Origin: Candidatus Nanohalobium sp.
Lineage (GTDB): Archaea; Nanohalarchaeota; Nanosalinia; Nanosalinales; Nanosalinaceae
DNA length: 11,115 nucleotides
Assembly: GCA_042216335.1 (NCBI GenBank)
Contig: JBDGTY010000047.1
Span: 1 to 11,115 of the forward strand
Reading direction: 5' to 3'
Position 1 is the stretch's first letter. Every line of letters starts with the position of its first letter. Position numbers and translations under genes: made by a program. Positions 1 to 7,159 of this stretch are shown here, one piece after another. Below the pieces are notes generated by a model. The model was not told the DNA's origin and searched no databases. It saw nothing but the letters and a program-made list of their open reading frames with translations.

Positions 1-1290
1 TTAAAATCCTAATTTCTGCATCATGTTCTGCATGTTTCCACGCTTCATACTGCCTTTGTCGAACTTGTCGACCATGTTCTTGGTCTGACGGTAGTGCTTG
101 ATCAGTTCGTTTACTTCCTCTACGCTCCTTCCTGAACCCTTTGCGATCCTGTCCTTCCTGGAGCGGTTCAATACGGATGGATCATTGACCTCCTCCCGAG
201 TCATGGAATCGATTATCACGGTGTAGCTGGAGATCTTTCCCTCGGTCAGGTTGGCTACGTTGTCCGGTATCTGGTCCGACGAGAATGGTAACTGGCTCAT
301 CATCTCCTCCATCATGCCGGAATCCGTCACTGACTTCATCTGCTCCTGGAAATCCTCCAGAGTAAACTCTCCCTCAAGAATCTGCTCCGGGTCGGTGTCC
401 AATTCCTCTATCTTCTCAAGAAGCGATTCAAGGTCCGGCTGGCCGATCATATCGGATACAAAGTCGACCGGATCGTAGACCTCAAGGTCCCCCATCTCCT
501 CTCCGGTTCCGATGAACTTAACGGAGATATCCGAGTTCTCACACGCGACAAGCGCACCACCACCTTTCGCGCTCGAATCCATCTTCGTGACTATGACACC
601 GGACAGCCCGACTGCATCATCAAAACTTTCCGCCTGCGTCTTGGCACTCTGGCCAATATCCGCAGGGATAACCAGGTACTTCTCGTCCGGTTGCAGCGCA
701 CTTTCTATATCTGAAAGCTCTTCCTTCAGTTCGGAATTCAGAGAGTTTCGACCGGCAGAGTCGACGATTAAGACGTCGACGTCCAGCTTTTCCTTTCCCT
801 TTTCAACTACCTTGACAGGATCTTCCGCGTACTTTTCGCCATAGAACTCGGCTTCTACATTCTCTGCTATCTGCTTCAGCTGGTCGTAGGCTGCGGGTCG
901 ATCCGTGTCTGCAGCGATAACTCCGACCTTCATCTCACGTTTCCTGTAGAAGTCGGCAAGCTTTCCTACGCTGGTCGTCTTTCCAGCACCGTAGAGCCCG
1001 CAGAGGAGTATTGTCTGTGGCTCTATCTCTATCTCGGCTTCTTCCCCGAGTATGCTTTCCAGTTTGTTGTATACTACTTCGAGGACGTGTTCTTTCCTGC
1101 TTAAGCCGTCCTTTTTCTCTCCGAGTGCTTCTTCTCTTATTTCATCGGAGAGGTCGGATACAAGGCCTACGTCGACGTCGGCTTTGATCAGGTCTCTCTG
1201 TATGTCTTTGACTAGTTGTTCTACTGCTTCTTCGTCCACGCTCCGGTTGGATGAGAACTTCTGTATGGAATCCTTGATTTTGTCGAACAT
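1..1290 (-). CDS. srp54: Signal recognition particle protein SRP54 (Ffh)
   Basis: Start taken at ATG 1290 (MFDKIK), not the 1665 ORF start, which overlaps vapBC antisense. N-domain DIQRDLIKADV, G1 GLYGAGKTT, DTDRPAAYDQL, G3 DSAGR, G4 TKMDSSAKGGG, Met-rich M domain with SRKDRIAKGSG. Stop at 1-3. Confidence 0.97.
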   Translation of the reverse strand: MFDKIKDSIQKFSSNRSVDEEAVEQLVKDIQRDLIKADVDVGLVSDLSDEIREEALGEKKDGLSRKEHVLEVVYNKLESILGEEAEIEIEPQTILLCGLYGAGKTTSVGKLADFYRKREMKVGVIAADTDRPAAYDQLKQIAENVEAEFYGEKYAEDPVKVVEKGKEKLDVDVLIVDSAGRNSLNSELKEELSDIESALQPDEKYLVIPADIGQSAKTQAESFDDAVGLSGVIVTKMDSSAKGGGALVACENSDISVKFIGTGEEMGDLEVYDPVDFVSDMIGQPDLESLLEKIEELDTDPEQILEGEFTLEDFQEQMKSVTDSGMMEEMMSQLPFSSDQIPDNVANLTEGKISSYTVIIDSMTREEVNDPSVLNRSRKDRIAKGSGRSVEEVNELIKHYRQTKNMVDKFDKGSMKRGNMQNMMQKLGF

Positions 1291-1339
1291 ATTTCCCGTT
1301 GTGGGGTGAAGGATTAAATGAGTAGGTCTGATGCGAGGA

Positions 1340-1371
1340 TTCTTAAGAAGTGTTATACATTGTTTATACAT
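1340..1371 (+). promoter_or_regulatory. Putative vapBC promoter/operator
   Basis: Perfect palindrome TTCTTAAGAA (1340-1349) starting 30 nt upstream of ATG 1370, followed by the tandem repeat TGTTATACAT/TGTTTATACAT (1351-1371). Confidence 0.45.
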
Positions 1372-1591
1372 GACTGAGATCGAGACCGAGGCCAAGAAGT
1401 GGGGCAACTCCATCGGCGTCAGGATCCCCAAGGAAGCGGTTGAGGAGGAAGGTATCGAGCCAGAGGACACTGTCCTGATCGATGTGAAGAAGCTGCGGAA
1501 GCCCGATGAGGACGCGTTCGGAGCCCTTTCCAACTGGAAAGTCGATGCACAGGACGTCAAGGATGAACTGAGGGAAGAGCATGGACGCTGA
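1370..1591 (+). CDS. AbrB/MazE/SpoVT-family antitoxin (VapB-like)
   Basis: KKWGNSIGVRIPK signature, 73 aa from ATG 1370, overlaps the downstream PIN gene by 11 nt. Confidence 0.92.
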   Translation: MTEIETEAKKWGNSIGVRIPKEAVEEEGIEPEDTVLIDVKKLRKPDEDAFGALSNWKVDAQDVKDELREEHGR

Positions 1592-1949
1592 ATACTACTT
1601 CGATACTTATGCACTGATAGAGTTTGTGGAAGGAAAAGAGAACTACCAGAGGTTTCAGGACACACCTATTATCACTTCCTTCTACAATATCTACGAGTTC
1701 GCATGCTATCTGCTCCGAGATCATGATAGAGAAAAAGCGGAGAGGGTTCTCGACAAGCTCAACTACAACTTGATCGAACCCGAGGAGGACGACCTGATAC
1801 CCTCTGCAAAATTCAAGCTGGAGAACAGAAGTCAGCAGCTTTCCTACGTCGACTGCATGGGTTACAGGCTGGCAGAGAGACACGACCTGAAGTTCCTGAC
1901 AGGAGACCAGGAGTTTGAAGACAAGGAAAACGTTGAGTACGTGGACTAG
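1581..1949 (+). CDS. vapC: PIN-domain toxin (VapC family)
   Basis: YFDTYALIE, conserved Glu (IYEF), LSYVDC and FLTGDQEF motifs; 122 aa; coupled to the antitoxin. Confidence 0.93.
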   Translation: MDAEYYFDTYALIEFVEGKENYQRFQDTPIITSFYNIYEFACYLLRDHDREKAERVLDKLNYNLIEPEEDDLIPSAKFKLENRSQQLSYVDCMGYRLAERHDLKFLTGDQEFEDKENVEYVD

Positions 1950-1950
1950 C

Positions 1951-2316
1951 CTATTCGATAAGTTGTTTTACTTTATGTATGAATTCTTCGGCGAAGTCTA
2001 CTGCTTCTTCAGCTTTTTCCTCGTTGAACTGTTTGCCAGTCGCATAATCCGCCTCCTCACGCCAGGTCTGAAGTTCCGAGTACTGCCGCGTCACTTCCGG
2101 TTCAAGTTCGTCACGGAAAAGTTTTCCGAGTTCGGAGGAGACTCCCTGATGCGTCTTCGGCTTTGAATTCTCTTCAAGCAATAGCGCTTTGGCTGCGTGG
2201 AAAATAGAATAGTAAGCCCGGGAGATACTTGCATTATACTTCTCGCCTCTCAGAAGATACCTAGCCGTATCTAGATCGTCTTCAGCAGCTTCCAGCAATC
2301 TTTTCTGATCCTTCAA
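1951..2316 (-). CDS. HEPN domain protein (UPF0332-like), MNT-HEPN pair
   Basis: RAYYSIFHAAKALL, KTHQGV and REEADY motifs; TTG start overlaps the MNT stop (TTGA). Confidence 0.9.
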   Translation of the reverse strand: MKDQKRLLEAAEDDLDTARYLLRGEKYNASISRAYYSIFHAAKALLLEENSKPKTHQGVSSELGKLFRDELEPEVTRQYSELQTWREEADYATGKQFNEEKAEEAVDFAEEFIHKVKQLIE

Positions 2317-2630
2317 ATCTCAACACCTTCTCTATCGACGTTTTCATAGAAATTGTAGCCTTCTTCCAGTCTTGTCTCAAACTCTTCCTCTGTGAAGAAA
2401 CGAGGGGAGAAAGCTAAATCACGTTTATGCCTGTAATCATCGACAAGCTCGAAGACCTTATCCTCGTCAACCTCGCCAGACACGATAATAGCCAAGTCAA
2501 TATCACTTCCTGTGTCATGCTCGTTACGAGCATAGCTACCGTAGAGAACAGCCTTCTCAAAGCTATCACCAACTACCTCTCTAAGTTCATCAACAAATTC
2601 CTCTATATCTTCCTGGGAGGCGATCTTCAT
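2313..2630 (-). CDS. Minimal nucleotidyltransferase (MNT) antitoxin
   Basis: LYGSYARNEHDTGSDIDL = GS-x10-DxD; 105 aa; directly upstream of the HEPN gene. Confidence 0.92.
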   Translation of the reverse strand: MKIASQEDIEEFVDELREVVGDSFEKAVLYGSYARNEHDTGSDIDLAIIVSGEVDEDKVFELVDDYRHKRDLAFSPRFFTEEEFETRLEEGYNFYENVDREGVEI

Positions 2631-2669
2631 ACTTAGACTTTAACCGAGAAAGTTCAAAAACTTTAGCTC

Positions 2670-3011
2670 TCACGGCCCCATGTTCCAGTACTTCGAGATT
2701 AAGAGAGACAGTGCTCCGCCTATGAGGAACATTCCTACTGATATTTGAAGTGCTGCTTGCCCAGGTATTCGTTGCCAGGTTGCGTAGATGTATGCTGCGA
2801 ATGCTATGTTTATTCCGAAGAGTATCGGGTTCTGGAAGTTCCCGAGGCTGCCCCAGGCTTTTTCAGCTCCTCTGAACTGGAAGAGTATCCATCCAGCCAT
2901 GAACGTGGTTATTATTCCTGCTGTGAGGTCGGATTGGGTGTAGCTGAGGTAGCCAATGACTGCTGAAAGTGCTGCGATGAAAAATGTTTTTGCCGGCATT
3001 TTCTGTTCCAT
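2670..3011 (-). CDS. Small hypothetical membrane protein (about 4 TM segments)
   Basis: 113 aa with four hydrophobic stretches; no family recognised. Confidence 0.75.
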   Translation of the reverse strand: MEQKMPAKTFFIAALSAVIGYLSYTQSDLTAGIITTFMAGWILFQFRGAEKAWGSLGNFQNPILFGINIAFAAYIYATWQRIPGQAALQISVGMFLIGGALSLLISKYWNMGP

Positions 3012-3034
3012 GAAGTTCTGGAAGGGTTTAAGGG

Positions 3035-3441
3035 GTGAAATGACCCGCTATCAAATCAGGAGATTTGGAAGGGGCTTCCGTATGGGTCTGTTTCTTCATC
3101 TTTTCCAACCTTGCCGTTACAGCGTCTAATCTGTAACCATTACGGAACTTACGCTTTGAGGAAGGCTGAATTAGGGAAACCATTCCCACATCTTAACCAT
3201 CAAAGATGGTTTCCTTATTCGCTCAGTGGTTGTTCCACGCAACTCACTACACCATCCGTTTCCGAAATGGGAAACATTTGGCTTACCTTTGAGTTCAGGG
3301 TTGCTGTTTGTTGATGAGGCAGTAAGCCCTAACCAAACTGCCGTGAATACTATGGTTATAGACCGTGAAACTTTAAAATCTGTCGAGTCATCCCTAACCA
3401 TAAATCACAGATCTGAGAACAAGGGTCTTCTCAACAAGGAG
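3035..3441 (-). mobile_element. Putative non-autonomous IS200/IS605-type element / orphan omega-RNA-like structured RNA
   Basis: On the minus strand it is preceded by TTTAT (3446-3442) and ends GGAAGCCCC-hairpin-GCGGGTCATTTCAC (3079-3035). At least 8 inverted-repeat stems inside; no TnpA or TnpB ORF. Confidence 0.6.
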
Positions 3442-3454
3442 ATAAAAGGTTTTC
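3442..3454 (-). promoter_or_regulatory. BRE/TATA-like element GAAAACCTTTTAT
   Basis: Purine-rich BRE followed by TTTTAT, resembling the other upstream elements in the window; points into the 3035-3441 element. Confidence 0.5.
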
Positions 3455-3474
3455 ACTCCCACGGTTTTCCTGCT

Positions 3475-4269
3475 ATGCATCCAGTGACCCGTGTTGGAGA
3501 GGAAAACATGCATCTCAGAGACTCGGAGAAGGACTCCAGACTCCAGCTTATCTTCGTTCCCGGAATCTTCTCACCGGAGGCCTGGAAGTACCAGATGAAC
3601 TACTTCTCTGAGGATTACAGGGCGATCAGTTTCTGGCCCACTCTCAGCAACAGGGACCTGGAAGGACACAGAAAAGCACTGAAAAACATACTAGACCAGA
3701 AAGATGTCGACAACGCGGTCCTGATCGGAGCAAACTTCACAAACCCCGTCATCCAGGGATTTGAGGCTCGTGAGGACGTGGCGGGGACCGTACTGGTCGG
3801 AGCGAAGAGAAAGCTGAAGAAAGGAGTGCCTAAAGAGGTCTACCAGGCACTGACATCGAAGAAATTTCCTGTAAAACTTTCGAAAAAACTGTTCTTCTCC
3901 TCGATGAGGTACAGGGAAGTCCGGAACTTCTGCAGGGATACGGAGTTCATCGGTTTCGATGACTTTAAGACCTTCCAGAAGCGTTTCGGCGTAAGACAGC
4001 CTGAAAAAGAGGCGTTGATCGTCCACGGGAAGAATGACTTCTTCTCAGATGAGGGATACGCCCGGGAGCTGATGTCAAGTGCATCCGTCTCGGTTCTGGA
4101 CGCGGGCATCTTCAGCTTCTACGAGAAGCCTCAGGAGTTCAACAAGACATTGAACGACTTCCTGTTGAAGATCAAGAGGAAGGCCGTTCAGGAGAGGATC
4201 GAGGAGACGAAGGAAAGGAACCGGACACTGGAAGAATTCGAGAAAAAACTGGCGAAGGTGAAGAACTAG
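3475..4269 (+). CDS. Alpha/beta-hydrolase-fold protein, probably catalytically inactive
   Basis: Start taken at ATG 3475. LIFVPG...WKYQ, AVLIGANF, LIVHGKND and AGIFSFYEKPQEFN follow the family pattern but lack the nucleophile Ser and catalytic His. Charged C-terminal helix. Confidence 0.82.
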   Translation: MHPVTRVGEENMHLRDSEKDSRLQLIFVPGIFSPEAWKYQMNYFSEDYRAISFWPTLSNRDLEGHRKALKNILDQKDVDNAVLIGANFTNPVIQGFEAREDVAGTVLVGAKRKLKKGVPKEVYQALTSKKFPVKLSKKLFFSSMRYREVRNFCRDTEFIGFDDFKTFQKRFGVRQPEKEALIVHGKNDFFSDEGYARELMSSASVSVLDAGIFSFYEKPQEFNKTLNDFLLKIKRKAVQERIEETKERNRTLEEFEKKLAKVKN

Positions 4270-4270
4270 G

Positions 4271-4777
4271 ATGATAGCAGGACTTATACTTTCGGATGAC
4301 GTGGAAGAGGAGTGCAGCCTTGCGTTCCTCGGAGAAGAACTCGAAACCATGCAGGTAAACACCAACGAGGAGATCGTGGAGGAAGTGGAAAAAAGAGAGC
4401 CAGAGGTTCTGGCCGTAGACGTCGGAACGGAGCAGAGCCAGCAGGAGTTCACCAAGGAGGAGAACGAACTGAAGGAAGAGGGCTACATCTTCACACCGAA
4501 CTCTCACCAGCAGAGGAAGGTGGAGAGGATGCAGAGCCTGGAAAGACACCTCGAACACAAGATGGGAGGCATGATAGAGATCATTCGTTTCGAACCCCAG
4601 ATAACCGCCAAGGAACTCGCGATCGACTCGGAGAGAGATCTGTCCTCCATAGGAGTTGAGGGAGACATCGGAGGCGTCGGAGAGTTTGATGCCACGCTCG
4701 GAGCTGTTACGGCCCGTTTCTACAGTCAGGGACAGTTCGAGGATTATGGTGTTGTTGTTCCGGAGAGCGTGAGTTAG
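4271..4777 (+). CDS. DUF429-like RNase H-fold protein (degenerate)
   Basis: MIAGLILS, EVLAVDVG, IIRFEPQIT and EFDATLGAVTA resemble the DUF429 motifs GIDL, IAIDAP, EVYP and DAllAA; starts 1 nt after the upstream stop. Confidence 0.6.
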   Translation: MIAGLILSDDVEEECSLAFLGEELETMQVNTNEEIVEEVEKREPEVLAVDVGTEQSQQEFTKEENELKEEGYIFTPNSHQQRKVERMQSLERHLEHKMGGMIEIIRFEPQITAKELAIDSERDLSSIGVEGDIGGVGEFDATLGAVTARFYSQGQFEDYGVVVPESVS

Positions 4778-5319
4778 ACTATATTCAAGTTCTTTCTTTT
4801 TTGAAGGATGGCGGACTGGTACTCTCCTTCTATCTTTCCTACTGCTCTCGAAGCATCTCTTCTCTTTCTGTTGCCTCCGAGGCTGTGCGGAGGTTCATCT
4901 ACAGCCCCGATCTTGATCTCTCCTAGGTTCTCCTCCATGTAGTGTTCGAAAGTTGCCACGGTGCACAGCGAATCCGGGATATCCTGGATGTATGTTCCTC
5001 CATCGCCTGTGAAAACCTCCACGTGCCAGTCACTGCCTTCAATATCTGAGAGGAGTTCTTTAACTAGACCGTCTTCTCCCCATCTTCCAAGCCTCTTATT
5101 TCGAGGATGAGAGTGACCTATAAAGTACTCTTCCTGTTCTTCACTGAAGCCCAGAAAACCCGTGCATGGGCCGCAACCTGCTGTAAAAACCGGGTTTTCG
5201 TCAGAACCTCTGACTTCTAACTCATCAATGTGGATCTGATCGACCGTTTCATCGTAGATATCAACAACCGGGTAATCATCTTTCCCCTTCACATCCATGT
5301 AATCCGGTTTTCTATCCAC
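4774..5319 (-). CDS. Hypothetical protein, possible CheD/CNF1/YfiH-type Cys-His deamidase fold
   Basis: VFTAGCGPCTGFLGF...YFIGHSH resembles the CheD T-x-LGSC...GxxH pattern; acidic composition; GTG start (an internal ATG start is possible). Confidence 0.6.
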   Translation of the reverse strand: MDRKPDYMDVKGKDDYPVVDIYDETVDQIHIDELEVRGSDENPVFTAGCGPCTGFLGFSEEQEEYFIGHSHPRNKRLGRWGEDGLVKELLSDIEGSDWHVEVFTGDGGTYIQDIPDSLCTVATFEHYMEENLGEIKIGAVDEPPHSLGGNRKRRDASRAVGKIEGEYQSAILQKRKNLNIV

Positions 5320-5477
5320 GGTTTCATTCAGGAGAGAGTAAAATTCGTCGCTCTCGCCCCGCCATTCTTCGAAAGATGGAAAGCTATACTCAAAAGTGTT
5401 TGGAGCCAGTTTTTACACAACACACAAAAAAGGTTAAAAGAGTTTTGTCATTAATACGTGAATACAGGTAATCCAAT

Positions 5478-5819
5478 ATGGGAATGGAAAAGTTTTACTC
5501 GACGGTCAGGAAGCAGTTCGGCCTTGACAAGGAACAGATGAAGGACGAAGTCAAGGAAGAAGTCACTGCAGAACTCAGGGACGAACTCGGAGAGGAGATC
5601 AGCTACATCGAGGCACAGCTCAAGGAATACGAGCAGCTTGTCGCAGAAGTCAACCACCTCCTCGCCACCATGAGGAAGGACAGGATCCAGAAACGAAGCG
5701 AGGGAAAAGACATCAAGATGGACGACATGGGCGAAGACCTCCAACCGCTGAAATCCAAGCTCCGGAAACTGGAGAAAAGTATGCAGAAACGCCTCGACGA
5801 AGGAACAGCTTATAGCTAG
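5478..5819 (+). CDS. Hypothetical coiled-coil protein
   Basis: 113 aa, charged and helical, with codon usage like the neighbouring core genes. Confidence 0.75.
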   Translation: MGMEKFYSTVRKQFGLDKEQMKDEVKEEVTAELRDELGEEISYIEAQLKEYEQLVAEVNHLLATMRKDRIQKRSEGKDIKMDDMGEDLQPLKSKLRKLEKSMQKRLDEGTAYS

Positions 5820-5821
5820 AG

Positions 5822-6232
5822 ATGAAAGAGCTAAACGAATTACTGGCTGGACTTGCAGCACCTTCAGGACCTGAGCTAATCGTCGGAACCTTGGCAGGAT
5901 CAGGAGCAGTTTACCTAGGCCAAAAAGCACAAAATGCAGCAAAAGAGGCTGAAAATGACTGGAGAGAACTAAGTGAACTCAAGAAAGACCTTGAGGCCAG
6001 CAGAGCCCAAGACTTTCAAAACAAAGATATCCTCCACAAACTGGAGAACTTTAGCGACACGTTCTATTTCCGTAAAGTCAGAGACCTGTACGAGGAAGAA
6101 AGTCTAGACACCGGCTACGACAGCGAAGATTTCCTCAGAGTGAATCTAAACTACGATCAACTTGAAAAGACAGAGACAAAAAAGAGAAATATTACAGAAG
6201 ATCAGAACATAGACGAATACCTAGAAGCCTGA
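5822..6232 (+). CDS. Hypothetical protein with a possible N-terminal membrane anchor
   Basis: 136 aa; hydrophobic/Gly segment LIVGTLAGSGAVYLG followed by an acidic helical region; starts 2 nt after the upstream stop. Confidence 0.7.
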   Translation: MKELNELLAGLAAPSGPELIVGTLAGSGAVYLGQKAQNAAKEAENDWRELSELKKDLEASRAQDFQNKDILHKLENFSDTFYFRKVRDLYEEESLDTGYDSEDFLRVNLNYDQLEKTETKKRNITEDQNIDEYLEA

Positions 6233-6233
6233 A

Positions 6234-7124
6234 TTAATCCAGAATATCCTCCACGAACTCCTCCTTATCGAACTCCTCGATATCGTCGTAGTCCTGTCCC
6301 GTCCCGATGTATGCGACTGGTTTACCGCTTCTCTGGCTGATCGACACTATTGCGCCGCCGTTCTCATCCACATCCATCTTCGTGACGATGACAGCGTCAA
6401 ACATGCCCTCGTAGGCATCTGCCTGCTCCAGGACATCGTTCCCTGCCAGTGCATCCACCACCAGGAAGGACACATCCGGTTCGTTGACCCTCACCATCTT
6501 CTCCAGCTCATTCATCAGGTTCTGATCCGAATGGGAGCGCCCTGCAGTATCGACGACCGCAACCTTGCCCTCATTCTCCGCGTGCTCCACAGCATCATAG
6601 GCCACCGCTGCAGGATCAGACTCGTACTCATGAGAAATAACTTTCGTGTCTAGAGCCTCACCGTGCTCCTCAAGCTGCTCGATGGACGCAGCCCGGAAAG
6701 TATCACCAGCACCAAGCACAACTTCCATATCATGTTCTTTAAGCATCTCTGTAATCTTCCCTGCCGTCGTTGTCTTACCTGCGCCGTTAAAGCCCATCAG
6801 GAAGACTACAGGCGGGTTCTCGGCCTGATTAAGTTCTTCCAGGAAATCATAGGAATCATCAAGCAGGTCAAGCAGTACTTCCCTGACTGCCTCATTCACC
6901 TTTTCCTCAGCTTTCCCTCTCCTGACTTCCTCACCCAGAAGCTCTTCTCTTAACTTATCTTCTATCTGTTCGGCTGCTTCAAGTGAAACATTGTTCTGAA
7001 GCAGCTTCAACCTGAGTTCTTCTAGAAGCGGGTCGAGAGTATCCTCATCCAGCTCTTTCTCCGCGACGGTCGACTTGACATTCTCCGAAAAATCCCTGAC
7101 CGATTCCTTGAACTTATCTAGCAT
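6234..7124 (-). CDS. ftsY: SRP receptor FtsY
   Basis: GFNGAGKTTT, GDTFRAASIEQL, DPAAVAYDAV, DTAGR, TKMD and GTGQDYDD motifs; NG domain only. Confidence 0.97.
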   Translation of the reverse strand: MLDKFKESVRDFSENVKSTVAEKELDEDTLDPLLEELRLKLLQNNVSLEAAEQIEDKLREELLGEEVRRGKAEEKVNEAVREVLLDLLDDSYDFLEELNQAENPPVVFLMGFNGAGKTTTAGKITEMLKEHDMEVVLGAGDTFRAASIEQLEEHGEALDTKVISHEYESDPAAVAYDAVEHAENEGKVAVVDTAGRSHSDQNLMNELEKMVRVNEPDVSFLVVDALAGNDVLEQADAYEGMFDAVIVTKMDVDENGGAIVSISQRSGKPVAYIGTGQDYDDIEEFDKEEFVEDILD

Positions 7125-7159
7125 CTTCTTTCAGAAATAGATAAGGAGTAGAGAGGTTT

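Noticed and set aside
1291-1665. 125-aa N-terminal extension of SRP54 in the ORF track
   Set aside because: Ser-rich antisense translation of vapBC; homology starts at MFDKIK (1290), which has its own TATA-like element.
3015-3034. A second in-window target for the predicted guide
   Set aside because: No other match noticed by eye; GGGGTGAA near 1302 matches only the element junction over 8 nt and is likely chance.
3035-3441. SRP (7S) RNA or RNase P RNA, tempting because srp54 and ftsY are nearby
   Set aside because: No helix-8 CAGG-nnn-GGAA-nnn-AGCA motif and no GAGGAAAGUCC or ACAGAAnnCGGCUUA motif found on either strand.
3111-3474. Short ORFs 3111-3314 and 3171-3401, and the 3226-3474 extension of the hydrolase
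   Set aside because: Composition is not acidic like the real genes, there are no recognisable motifs, and they overlap the structured segment.
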